Positions 1 through 12,874 of a DNA stretch of 50,623 nucleotides are shown here, piece after piece. How positions within the stretch are numbered: position 1 is the first letter of the stretch; each line of letters starts with the position of its first letter. The stretch is from Phoronis australis (Eukaryota; Animalia; Phoronida). A program made the position numbers and the translations under genes. The stretch lies in NCBI GenBank assembly GCA_002633005.1, contig NMRA01001136.1, forward strand, positions 1 through 50,623. Direction: 5' to 3'. Under the pieces are notes generated by a model. It did not search any database and had not been told where the DNA came from. It saw only the letters and a list, made by a program, of their open reading frames with translations.

Positions 1-3000
1 ACACTTTGGATTTCGTTTATATGAGAACACCCTGTTATGCCTTGGCTGGAAAATATTTTTTCACATGACCAGCTAAATCGCATGGTCTCTGTGAGTTTAG
101 TCGTTTTTCAAATCGAAAACAGACGATCTTAAATTTAGGGAAATTAGATTGTAAATAATATTAACGAAATTTTGTTCCTCATCAGATCACAGTGACGCTA
201 GTAATAATTGAGACCAAACGTCCAATCTTAAGCCTTCTCCATCATAGCTGGACTTTTAGTCCTAGCTTGACTGTAGTAGTCTTTAGGAAGTTCATCGTGA
301 AGCCAGGCTAAAACATTTTCGCCTGAAGTTAGCCCGGTTTCGGTCTAAGTTAACACCAAAAAACAGTTTCATGATGAAACGGGCCTTTTGTCTGGGAAGG
401 ATGTCGATGCCGGACAATAGCATCGCATTTGCATACAGCTAGAGGTCACTGTGTCATGGTGCGTTCATTGCGATTTTGATCCTAATACACAATTTGACGA
501 GCACAGCGACTGGTTAATTTTGCAGAAAGTGCTGGAGTACACCTTTAAACCTTTAAAATTTGACCACTGCTCAGAAGTGCCGTGGCCAGTGAGCAAGTTA
601 GAAATGTATCGTATGCTGATTCGCGTCTTTGCAACTAATGTGCACGGAGTGTGCCTACGACTCCGAGCCTATTGGACTCGGTACCTGGGAGACTATACGG
701 GTGTATTCAAGTTCATTAACCTTTGTGCAGATTTAACCTATTTGTGGCTTATTATATGGTGTGGAAATACAATTTGGAATCTAACATAAATGGTATAAGT
801 AAAGTCGTTGTAGCCGACAAGTATTCATCGAATTTTTCTCTTACCTATTACTGTTATGTATGGTTGTGGTGAACTAAGAAGATTCTTTGTGAGTGATTTA
901 TACATAAAGTAAACTTGATTACTTTTCTGCTCTACTGTCTTCTGCGTAGATATGAGTGGTCATTTCGTAACTTGTTTTTAAACACCAGGGACGCGTTTGC
1001 TGTCACAATTAGGGCAATTGAGGTTAATCAAGTGGTCGAATTACATGCAGTGGGAAAGTTGCCTGGGCGGGGGGGGGGGNGTCTGTATTGTGACTGTGAT
1101 GTTGTTCTGGGATTAAAATTAGGATAAAAACCGATTTAGAGCATGGATTTGAAAAAAGGGACACAAGTTTTCAGGGAGATTCCTTGAAGCAGGGGGTTGT
1201 TCCATCCTTTTGGATGGGTAGTTCATAATTCTAGCTGGGGATTCTTGGACAGGTGAATTTTTAACCCCTTTAAAGGCACAGAACGTAAAGAACAGACCAA
1301 ATTGCATTATTCATAGTGGTTCTCTGCCACTGAAGCAGAAGTCAAACTGTTGACCAGACATTTTCACGTTTGTTCACAAAGATTTTGAATTTCTGTTGTA
1401 TCAAAACATTTGCGTTTAGTTTGAAATTTCAAGAAAACAGTTTGTGAACATCTTGTCACTTCGTCGATTTTTCTTCCACTGGCACACCGCAAAGCACTCA
1501 TTCGATTTAGCAAGACATTGACGTAGCACATTTCCCTTATATACGGAAAATATGACTTTTGGCCTTTGATGTTAACACTGGAGACTGGCACTGAGGAACC
1601 AGTAAGACTTCTTTGAACGCATGCGCGCATATATATTAATAGGGGTGGAGAATGGTATTGTGATGAAAAAGTTTTTATTTCGCCTTGGATCTGACACATT
1701 TTTCTGGAAATTCCTGCAATATTCAAAGTAAATGACTCTCACGTTAGCATGATCCTCAAGAAGTAGATTCACCACGACCTGTTTAAAAGCTATTTTTACA
1801 GTTTTCGCTTCCCATACCCCTTTAAGAGCCATTCCACGAGAACAAAAATGAAAAATCACTCTAAGGGTCATCTTTCAGATTCATCTTAAACTTTGTGTAT
1901 GTGGATCGTGGCGTGGCTTTGATACAAAAATCACCAATTTTGCACTTGAATTGGACTCTTGATTTTTACCTATGGGCCTTCAAAAATTGGCACGTTTTTG
2001 TATACCTAAAACAGCAATTTTCTACTGTCAAAACATATAGATTGTATGCATTAGGAATAACACATAACAGGATTCGAAAGTCACACAAGGACTCGAATAA
2101 AATTTATACAGACAACATCCCTTCATCCATCACGTCACCGTCACAGAGGAGATAAGAGTAGAGGCACGTTTAGCAAAGCTGAAAGTGGGCGCTACTCCAC
2201 TGATTCTACAAGCCTGTTTGCGAGGATGTGGACACTGAAAGATATGTTGAATGGATAGATTTTAGAGGTGTGAATAAATTTAGGAATTTTCGTTTTAAAA
2301 ATGACCAAATACTGCATATATTCTACACTTTTAAACGAATACTTTTTTGTAACTTCATCACATTTACATTAGCTTCAAGTAGAAAGAATTGATAAGAATC
2401 AACATTTTAGATACCATAATGCTGCCTGATATGCAGTGTATCTGTACACTATTTCACCCATTGAACGTTTACAACTGACCGTCATTTTCACAAAAGACGT
2501 CGCTCTAGTACACGCTAGTGTTAGCTTACGTAATAAATGCCGCTACACTGTCTATTTTATCCTCCAGCGTTTTGGTACACTTCTCAGTTTTTTTTTGAGT
2601 TTTCACCAAAATTAATCCTTGAGTTCTTCAAACATATGACCCGTTTCGTCAACTTGGGAGGTGGCAACGGTGGGCCTCCTACTGCCCGATATATTCACTG
2701 CGAAGTGTTAGCAGGTGTTAAACTGACGGAGCTTAGAAAAACATGTTCTCCATAGGTTTTTATGAACATAACATTGCAACATTAAAGAAACGTTTTAGAT
2801 TGTAAAAGTCACATTCGCTGACCAATTTTCAAAATTTAAATGCCTAATCACGTGCTTTCCATGAACTATTCAAATGTGCTATTTACAAACTTTCAAAATG
2901 ATGATTTAAAAATACTATTGTCACCCTTAATGTGTTTATGATGGTCTCATTATGTAGAGAAGGATAACATCAGAAGTCTGAGACGATTTAATTAACCACA

Positions 3001-4249
3001 ACAGCAAGGTGTCTTTGATTAGAACCTGCAAATTCTGTTGTGCGCAAACCGGACGAGATGCCCAATCTCAACTGGTTAGGGTGTCAGCGTAGAATTCTTT
3101 TCATGTTCCAATCAAACGCCAGGCCTTGGTTTCAATTATTTTGACTGGGTCATCACCTAAGTAAATGCACTAATTGCCAAGTGGAACCAGTCTGAAATAA
3201 TAATAATAAGTTATAATGCAAAGCAGATAATATATACAATTTAATTACTAAGAGTATTAAAATGTATAAAGTACTGTATATCATTTAGATGAATAAACAA
3301 GTTACAGGCTTTACAATTACAGAAAGTAGTTAATTGAAAGATAATAACGTCGTTCAGTACAGCTTGACACTTGAGCGCTTGTCAAAATCCATAATTGAAA
3401 TACATAGGTACATGAGAACAAATGGAAGCATACGAACTACATTGTAAGCGTGCTCATTCGATACAATATTGCGGACTTGCAATCGAATCGATTTAGCGAT
3501 TGCGTATGTCCGGCTGTTGATCAGCACCAAGCCTACTAATATTCATAGGTGAAACGGTCATGGCTGGTTGACATGGAAACGTCTGCCGGTGTGATCACAG
3601 AACGTGGCAAGCCATTTATTGTTACTACAGCATTTTTCAGGAAAAAATGGCGAGGCGCACACCCCTGACCTGCTAGACATAGTGTCTCACGAGTAGCGCA
3701 CCCCACCTCCATACGCCAAAGTGGCCACCAGCCTCCCTTACGTCGCCGGCGTAGAAGGAAGAAACGTATATTTTTATGACGGCAAAGAAACGTAACAAAC
3801 ACTTAAAAAGAAGCGATAAGCAGTTTCCAGTCGTTAAAAATACGTTAATGATGTCCGTTACTCTAATATGGTGAAGTCAGGACTTGCCACACAGTGAAGG
3901 TTTCAAAAAATCCCAACAAGCCAGGGGAGTTCAGTTCTCTTGATTGCATAGCTTTCCATGTCTTCAATTGGGTAAAATCTTTAGTACATGAAGACTTGGA
4001 ACAAGTATACAAAGTCATGAAGTATTGCGCTATTGTGATTAGTTTCATAACAATGATCCCCAAAGCATGCAATAGCAGGACACGCTTTTCAAGCAAGTAA
4101 AATATAAGCACTAACAACATTTGAAATACAAATTTGCAATTCATTCCAAAAAGGAAGTACAAGCTCAAATTCCAAAATTAAACGATTAAAAGTTTCAACG
4201 AGACTACAAATAAGCATTTGTTGTTTTCGGCTATTTTTATTGTCTTTAA

Positions 4250-6298
4250 AATATGTTTTGTTTAAATTTTTAATGAATGTGATAATACTTAAAAACTTTC
4301 AAGTCAGGTTGGAGCAACAATTTATAAGGAATGACATAAATCTGTTTAATTTGCTGCTTAGCAAATAATTCTAACAAACTATGTTCCACATCAGGAATTG
4401 ATATCTTCCTGGAAAATAATACATCTTTTGTCCATTGCGTATCAGTCTGATCCGATCCAGTGGCGGATTTAGAGGGAGGCAAGGTAGCCATGGCCCCCCT
4501 AAAACTCTCCCAGATTCCATTTGGCAATTCGAAGATTCGAATGTCTGACTGGCAAAATCCTGACTAATACACCGCCCTGCCCTCCCCCAACTAAAAATCC
4601 TGGATCCTCCCCTGCGATCTAATGACCTGCTTGTTACTGGCTCCATCATTTCATTAATCACAATATTTGAAATTTTGGTTGCCTTGGCCTGACCATTTTA
4701 CCTTATCCAATTGATTTATTTGTACATTTCCATTAAAACTTTTTAAGATAATCATTTATTTTAGAAATCTAATAAGTCTTGAATAAAAACTAATGCTAGC
4801 ATTGTAGTAGCTGATATAGAACACAGTTTCTATCAAAATATTACTGTTTTTCCATACAACTTGACTTTTCAAATAAATATTTTTTACGTAAATACTCTGT
4901 CATTGCTCCCAGGACCATAACATATCAGGATACTATAGGCAAATTCTTATAAGCATTATTAGATTTTAATACTAAACTGCCTCCATATTTTCTATACACG
5001 CCAAGTTATTATCACATTCTTCATTTTTTCTTCTAAAAATCATTTATTGAATTTAATTAACAAGGACTTAAACAAAATGTTGATATCTGGAAAAGCCCTC
5101 CTCCCCTGTCCTTATTATTTACAGCAATATTTTTTCTAACTCTTGGGGATTTATTTTGCCAAATGAAGCCCTAGATAATATTATTTTTCTCCCGACTTTG
5201 TTTTTTGAAGATTTTTAATTTTGTCATCATATTAAAGGGCATTGTTTTCTTCCTTATTGTGTCCAAAATATATGCCCAAACATTTGATTGGCTTTCCAGA
5301 CCATTTAAGGTTATACAAAATTTCGTTGCCAAGATGACAACCTTCACACTTGTTTGGGTTTAACTTTAATCCTGAAACTTCAACTAAAACTTTCAAGGAA
5401 ATCTAGCCAATTGAAGTCTGTTGACCAGCCTGAAGAAATATTGTTGTATCGTCAGCATACTGCAATACCTTAAATTCACTTTCTTCAATATTAATACCTC
5501 TGACTATTTTTAATACAGTTAACCATTACATCCACACATAAACAAACTAACTGACCTATCAATGAGTCTCCTTGTCTGACAGTCACACCCTCCTCTTTAA
5601 AGTTTAACATAGTCATGGGATAGGTCATTTTTAATCACATGAAATAGGGTTGTTATAGAGAATGTTAACCCATTTTTTTAAACTTAGGGCCAAAATTAAA
5701 GACACGCAAAGCCTTATGTATAACTTTCCATTCGATTGTGTCATGCGCTTTTTTTTAAGTCCAAAAATACGATGTAACCTTGACTTTTATATAAGTGTGT
5801 GTGCAATAGCATTCTATAATTCGTATGTTGTAACCAATAAATCTCCCTTTAGCAGCACTTTGATTAATATGCATCAATTTCTGCATACAAGTATTTAAAC
5901 GTGAAGGGAGGAACTCGGTAATCAATATTTATCAATGTTATTGGTCTCCAGAAAGCTAATGACTGTTATTCGGAGTTATCTTTAGACATGGGTATAAGTT
6001 ATGATTCCTCTATTTTTTGAGGGAGACAAACTTCCTACTTCAAAGCTGTATTCAAAACATTAAAAAAGAACCCTAATTTCTTCCCAAAAACATTTATAAA
6101 ATTCACAACTCAAGCCATCCGTTTCTGGGGATTTGTTGTTCTTGGTATTTTTTAAATCTTCATAGAATCCAGCTTGTGTAAAACCTCTGTCTGAAAATTC
6201 AGCGCCATCAACTGGTAAAGTATCAGGCAATTCAGACATATTGAGAAAATGTATTCCCAAATTGCTATTATCACTGCTATATAACTTGGAGAAATAAC
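4250..6298 (-). mobile_element. Degenerate Tx1/L1-like non-LTR retrotransposon ORF2 (RT and C-terminal region)
   Basis: Minus-strand fragments NNKSPETDGLSCEFYKCFWEEI (6060-6347), QYADD ('atcgtcagcatactg' ~5448-5463), VRQGDSL (~5565-5585) and LFAKQQI...PDLKVFK. Many stops and frameshifts. Confidence 0.85.
4458..4614. mobile_element. Short MITE-like element (CAGTGGCGGAT family) inserted in the LINE
   Basis: Ends CAGTGGCGGATTTAG and CTGGATCCTCCCCTG form an imperfect TIR. Flanked by the 5-bp direct repeat CGATC (4453-4457, 4615-4619). Confidence 0.8.
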
Positions 6299-7164
6299 AG
6301 AGGAAGGACTGTCCCACTTGCCCGAGTGTCCTGCGACACGCTCCCACTGGAGGGTGATCTGGGCACCCGGCAAACTGCTTTCATCCCGCCGTGTGACTCC
6401 CTCGCCACACTGCTTACAGGCTCTGGGCTAGAGACAACAGCACACAGCGAATCAGTGCTAGTTCCCGGAATTGCACGCAATGGGGGTACGTTCGGAGGCA
6501 CGGGTGACAGTAGATGAAGTGCCTCCAGTCACTGTATATAGTGGCCACAGCTCGCGAGGCTTCTCGCTTCAAAAATGCGGGGTTGGCGACGGGCACTGCC
6601 GGGCATCAACTACTAGTTGATGCCCGTAGTACGGTATGGTACCCTTCTTCAGGTGTTGTTTCGCAGGGACCTATATCAATTCAGCGTACGGCACATATCT
6701 CTGTCGTAATCTCACGGCAGAAAATGCTTGCCACACCCTCGGTAACCCTCCACTGCTTCGTACGTTGCGTAGGCGGGTAGCGCTGCGTTCTTCACATGAA
6801 CGAGCTAGCCAAGTACGGCGACGTGTGTCATCCTTCGGAAAGCGACGCAAGGTACCCAAAGCGCGTGTGAGACGATAATGAGTACATTCCGGCACGCAGC
6901 AACAGCGTGGCATGTTGACTGACTTGTAAACAAAAGCAAACGACGACCGAACTTATCACAACCGAGGTAGAACAATGACTGACTCGACAGCTCTCACAGT
7001 CAGGCTATAATGAAAAGAAATTGCCTCCCAAAACGTCTTTTCCGGAGTAGAGGACGAGAAATTAATCAAATTACGAAAACCTGTAATTAAGTGAAAACTG
7101 TGTCTGGGATAATCAACGAACCTTATTTTTGCTAAAAGTGACATGAAAAAGGTTGCCTTCGCCC
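6299..7164 (-). mobile_element. Truncated THAP-domain DNA transposon, Kolobok-like
   Basis: Minus ORF 6913-6671 MPRCCCVPECT...LRRFPKDDTRRRTWL has the THAP CxVPxC / FPKD...W signature, with a decayed C-terminal half. The end reads TTAA|GGGCGAAGGC on the minus strand (TTAA at 7165-7168), a Kolobok-type target and RR terminus. The other end is missing. Confidence 0.6.
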
Positions 7165-7287
7165 TTAACTGGTGAACTCACCTGCCTTCAGGGAATGTCG
7201 GGTAGACGACAGCAACAAATGATGATTTGCAATGAAATAGCAAAAACAACAGATTTTGTTAAACACTAGTCAAAGCTAATAACTTCA

Positions 7288-7379
7288 GGAAGACTATCCC
7301 ATCCAACAATAATAATATCAAGAAGTCTTTCCCATCCAACAATAATAATTTGAAGAAGACTATCCCATCCATCAATAAT
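7288..7379. repeat. 33-bp minisatellite, ~3 copies (also at ~49490-49580)
   Basis: 'cccatcc' recurs at 7298, 7331 and 7364 within aagactatcccatccaacaataataat units. Confidence 0.85.
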
Positions 7380-10300
7380 CGTTCGGCCGTTAAACTGATA
7401 ATACCCCCCTTATACATGTACACGAGTACTTGGGTTCCCATCTACTAATATGAATGGTTGACAGCTGATCGTGATGGCAATCCCATTGTGGCCGGGCTGT
7501 ACGAAATTTGAAATGTGGTTTGATGTCCAATGACAAGTATTCAAAACCAATTTGATTTGGAAACAAGGAAATTTATTTTCTTGTGCCTGTGGTTATTTTA
7601 ATACTGTATTTTTGACAATCGCGATTATCAATGTGTGGTACTGACCTGGGCCAGCCGGGGGTCTAATCTTTTTAGTCACAATAAAAGTATATTTACTCTG
7701 CGCGTGTAAGCGCAGAGTACTGTTGTTCCTGGGTTTTCTTCAATTTTCTTCTTCTTCTTCTTCTTATTCTTCTTCCGACCAAATTTGAGGCTTAATAATT
7801 CCAAATTGGGTGCAGGTACGGTATTTAAATTAAGCATATGACTTTTGACAGTATATAAATTTTGATTGGTTATATAATCATATTCCATATTGCACCGGAA
7901 GAGGTCGTTTGATGCAAAGGTCATATAATTTTCAAAATGCTACTCTTCCTCCAGTTTTAAAGCTATCTTTTTCAAATTCGGTGCACAGGTATAAGTCAAC
8001 ATGACAATTTAAAAAATTACTTTTCTAAGTAATCGGGTCATCCAATCAGGTAAAATAGGTGAAAGGTCATTAGGTGCAAACTAAAATTTTGAGCTAGACA
8101 CTTCAAATTGACAGGTCTGATTGCCACAGATAAATCAAATCGGAATCCAAAGTTTTAGGTCATTTAGTGCAAACATGGGGTCATTAGGTGCATTTTTCTT
8201 CTGAAAATATGACCTTTTCAATCAACAAGTATTCCGATGTGTCAACCGTTAGACAACTGTAATTCTCGCGTTAAACCCATTTTCCAGGGCTTTGCGATAA
8301 TTCTCCTAAAGATGCTTAAAATGCACCGGATAAGGTCAATTAGTGCAAAGGTCATGTAACGTTCAAAATGTTATATCGTTTTTCAAGGAATTCTTTTCAA
8401 TTTCAGCACACTGGTGTAAGTCAACATGCCAATTAAATACCCTACTTTACTTCGCAATAGGCCTAACCAATCAGAAAAAATAGGTCGAAGGTCATTGAGT
8501 GCAAACTAAAATTTTGAGCTAGAGACTTCAGAATTACGTATCTGTTTATTAAGTGATATTGAGTATGAATTCTAAATTCTCAGGTCATTTGGTGCACCCA
8601 TGGGGTCATTAGGTGCATTTTTCTTCTGAAAATTTGACCATTTTATTCATCTTGTATTCTGAAGTGCTTAAAGTAAAACATCTGTGATTATTAGCATTAA
8701 CCACCCTTTTAATCGAGTTAACAATTGCTCCCTCATCGGGGCTTATAATGCACCGGAAGAGGTCAATTACTGGAAAGGTCATCAAAAAATTAATATGTAA
8801 TATTTCCTACAATTTTAAAGAATTCCTTTTCATATTGGTAAACGGGTTGCTGTCAGTAACTTCCTATAATAATTCCAGTAATACGCACGCGCAGAGTCCG
8901 TTATTGTCACGCCGTGACAATAATCTTTCTAGTTCTTATTCTTATTCTTATTCTTTTCCGACCAGCTTTGACACTTAATAACTCCAAAATGGGTGCAGGT
9001 ACGGTCTTTAAATTCAGCATATGACATTTGACAGTATATAAATTTTGATTGGTTATATAATCATATTCCACATAACTCCGGAAGAGGTCGTTTGGTGCAA
9101 AGGCCATATAATTTTCAAAATGCTACTCCTCCAGTTTTAAAGCTATCTTTTTCAAATTCGGTGCACAGGTATAAGTCAACATTACAATTTAAAAAATTAT
9201 TTTTCTAAGTAATCGGGTCATCCCATCAGGTGAAATAGGTCAAAGGTCATTAGGTGCAAACTAAAATTTTGAGCTAGACACTTCAAATTGACAGGCCTGA
9301 TTGCCACAGGTAAATCAAATCGGAATCCAAAGTTTCAGGTCGTTTAGTGCAAACATGGGGTCTTTGGTGCATTTTTCTTTTGAAAATTTGACCTTTTCAA
9401 TCAGTAAGTATTCTGATGTGTCAACCGTTAGACAACTGTGATTCTCAGCGTTAAACGCATTTTCCATGGGCTTTGCAATAATTCTCCTAAAGATGCTTAA
9501 AATGCACCGGATGAGGTCAATTAGTGCAAAGGTCATTTAACGTTCAAAATGTTATATGTCTTACGTTTTTCAAGGAATTCTTTTCAATTTGAGCACACTG
9601 GTGTAAGTCAACACGCCAATTGAATACCCTACTTTACTTTGCAATAGGCCTAACCAATCAGAAAAAAATAGGTCAAAGGTCATTGAGTGCAAACTAAAAT
9701 TTTGAGCTAGAGACTTCAGAATTACGTATCTGTTTACTAAGTGCGATTGAATTTGAATTCTAAATTTTCAGGTCATTTGGTGCACCCGTGGGGTCATTAG
9801 GTGCATTTCTCTTCTGAAAGTTTGACCAATTCATTCATCTTGTATTCTGAAGTGCTTAAAGTAAAACATCTGTGATTTTTAACATTAACTACTAACACTT
9901 TTAATCGAGTTAACAATTACTCCCTCATTGGGGCTCATAATGCACCGGAATAGGTCAACTAGTGGAAAGGTCATCAAAAAATTAATATGTAATTTCTCCT
10001 GCAATTTTAAAGAATTCCCTTTGATATTGGAAAACGGATTGCTGTCAATAACTTTCCATAATTCCAGTAATACGCACGCGCAGAGTCCGTTATTGTCGCG
10101 CTGTGATAATAATCTTTCTAGTTCTTATTATTATTCATATTCTTCTTCTTCCTTCCTTTTCATATTGTTATTACTCTTACATTCATTCATTTAGAACAAT
10201 ATAACTCATTGTTATTGATAAGATAGTTAAGGGATTTATATTGATAATAGTTTTTTGACCTTAAATGCAATAGGATGACCTGAAACGGGTCAATTAGTGC

Positions 10301-12720
10301 ATTTTTTCAAAATGCTTCTTCTTCTACAGTTTTTTAGATAGACTCTTCGAATTTTGTTAGCAAGTAGGGACTAAAGAAGTGCATCAGAAATTTACACGGA
10401 TTTCCAATCGGACCAAGGGAACCGAGTTTCCGGGTCAAAGGTCATTAAGTGCAAAAGTGATTTTTGAGCTTCAGGTTTCATAATCATGCATATGATTAAC
10501 ATTCATAAAGGAAGTTCAGTCACAAACTTTTGGGTCACTGGGTGCAACTTTGGGGTCATTAAGTGCACTTTTCTGTTAAATTTAAGACTTTTTCTATCAG
10601 CTTGTACTTAATTGATGCATTAGTGAGAGCGTTCAAATTCATGGTGGTTCAACCAATTGCCGATCAAATTCTATTGATCCCATGGATTTGACTCAAAATG
10701 CACCGGATTGCCCCAAAATGGGTCAACGAGTGCATTCCGTCGAATTGCTTCTCCTTCTACAGGTTTTTAGATAGACTCTTCGAATTTTGATAGCAAGAAG
10801 GCATTAGAGACCTGCATCCCAAATTTACTTGGAATTCCAATCGGATCAAAGGAACCGAGTTTACGGGTCAAAGGTCATTAAGTGCAAAAGTGATTTTTGA
10901 GCTTCATGTTTCATAATCATGCATATGATTACCATTCATAAAGGAAGTTTAGTCACAAACTTTGGGGTCACTAGGTGAAACTTTGGGGTCACAAAGTGCA
11001 GTTTTGTGTAAAATTCAAGACTTTTTAATCAGTTTGTACTTAAATTATGCATTATGAAAAGCGTTCAAATTCATGGTGGTTCAACCAATTGCCGATCAAA
11101 TTCTATTGATTATACGTGTAATGACCCAAAATGCTCTATAGGACCGCAAGAGGGTCAACCGGTATAATTCTTTGAACTGCTTCTACTTCTGCGATTTTTG
11201 AGATTGCCTTTTAAATTTCGTGAACAGCTTGGTGCCATGTAAGAGCACCCACAACTTACATGGAATTTCGATCTGATCATCTGAACTGAATTTCTGGGAG
11301 AACGGTCAGTAAGTGCAAAAGGGATTTTTGAGCTAGACTTTACATAATTATGTATATCATTTTCATTCGCAAAGGAAATCCATTCACAAATTTTAGGGTC
11401 ATTAGGTGCAACTGTGGGGTCATTAAGTGCAGTTTTCTCTTGATAATCTAACTTTTCACTCTTGCTCTTTCATAGCCACCAGGGACATCTCTCTTTCACA
11501 CAAAAGATGCAACTTCTATGCAATGTAATGCGCCTGTACTCCATTCTTCATGTGCCTACACCACGCGCAGAGTTGTAAGTGCGCATACGCAGTTGCGTTC
11601 TAGTTATTATTATTCTTCTTCATTCCTTTTCATATTGTTATTACTCCTACATTCATTCATTTAGAACAATAATATTCACTGTGATTGATACGATAGTTAA
11701 GGGATTTATATTGATTATCTTTTTTGACCCAAAATGCAGTAGGATGACCTGAAACGGGTCAAGGAGTGCAGTTTTTCAAAATGCTTCTTCTTCTACAGTT
11801 TTTTAGATAGACTCTTCGAATTTTGTTAACAAGTAGGTACTAGCGATCTGCATCCGAATTTTACTTGGAATTCCAATCGGATCAAAGGAACCGAGTTTCT
11901 GGGTCAAAGGTCATTAAGTGCAAAAGTGATTTTTGAGCTAGACTTTTCATATTCATGCATGTGGCTTCCAGTCATAAAGGAAGCTCAATCACAAACTTTT
12001 GGGTCATTAGGTGCAACTTTGGGGTCATTTAGTGCACTTTTCCCTTAAATTTCAGACTTTTTCAATCTGCTCGTTCATACATTATTCATTATCGAGAGAG
12101 TTCGTATTCATGTTGGTTCAAGCAATAGCCAATCTAATTCTATTGATGACTTGGATTTGACTCAAATGCACCGGAATGACCAGAAACAGGTCAAAGAGTG
12201 CATTCCGTCAAATTGCTTCTTCTTGTACAATTTTTTAGATAGACTCCAAATTTTGATAACAAGCACATACTAGAGAAATGTACCTGAAATTTACGTGAAA
12301 TTTAAATCGGATAAAGGGGAACCGAGTTTCCGGGTCAAAGGTCATTAAGTGCAAAAGTGATTTTTGAGCTAGAGCTTACATAATCGCGTATATACTTTTC
12401 ATTCGTAAAGGAAATTCGGTCACAAACTTTGTGGTCATTAGGTGCAGTTTTCCGTTGATATTCTTACTCTTTACTGTTGCTCTGTCATAGTTACCAGGGA
12501 CATCTCTTTCACACAAAGGATGCAACTTCTATGCAGTGTAATGTCCATATACTTCACTATACTTCGGGAGCAAGTTTTCTGTTATACAGAATTCGTTGAA
12601 TGCACGACACTTTTCATTGTTCACGGTCTTTATTCCGTTGCGTTCATACTTTCTGAACAAAACTCTACTCTCTACTGAACATAGATACAGTAACTGACCT
12701 AGCGACATAATTAAAAGACA

Positions 12721-12758
12721 CACGATATTTCGAAACGTACTTGTTTCATTCTCAAGTG
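12721..12758 (-). ncRNA. Minimal type-I hammerhead ribozyme motif, U3-A8 variant, in the PLE pLTR
   Basis: Minus strand CAC-UUGAGAA-U-GAAAC-aaguac-GUUUC-GAAA-UA-UC-GUG: stem I CAC/GUG, perfect 5-bp stem II, GAAA, palindromic AUAU stem III, AUC triplet. Sense to the PLE ORF and downstream of it. Confidence 0.65.
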
Positions 12759-12874
12759 AAGATAAAATGACGCAGTAATGCCACCACAGAGTATAAGCTG
12801 ACGACACACACAGTGAGACACGGCGGGTGTGAAATACTGCAAAGAATGACTAATGAATTGGGGTAACAGGAAAG

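Noticed and set aside
1066-1080. G-run with N; apparent ~55-bp deletion at the homologous site 41304
   Set aside because: Both copies have an N here, so this is likely a sequencing or assembly problem at poly-G, as at 25426-25442.
1270-2930. TTAA-bounded ends (ttaaaggcac..., ...gtcacccttaa) suggesting Kolobok-type non-autonomous elements
   Set aside because: I could not pair the ends into convincing TIRs.
12529-12807. Two ORFs sharing FRNIVCLLIMSLGQLLYLC... (also 14517-14774)
   Set aside because: By-product of the inverted pLTR, not genes.
12772-12840. Plus-strand hammerhead-like string GCAGTA...CTGACGA-CACAC...GTGT-GAAA-TACTGC
   Set aside because: Stem II register consumes G12, there is no NUH after stem III and no stem I, and it is antisense to the PLE. 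The minus-strand motif at 12721-12758 fits much better.
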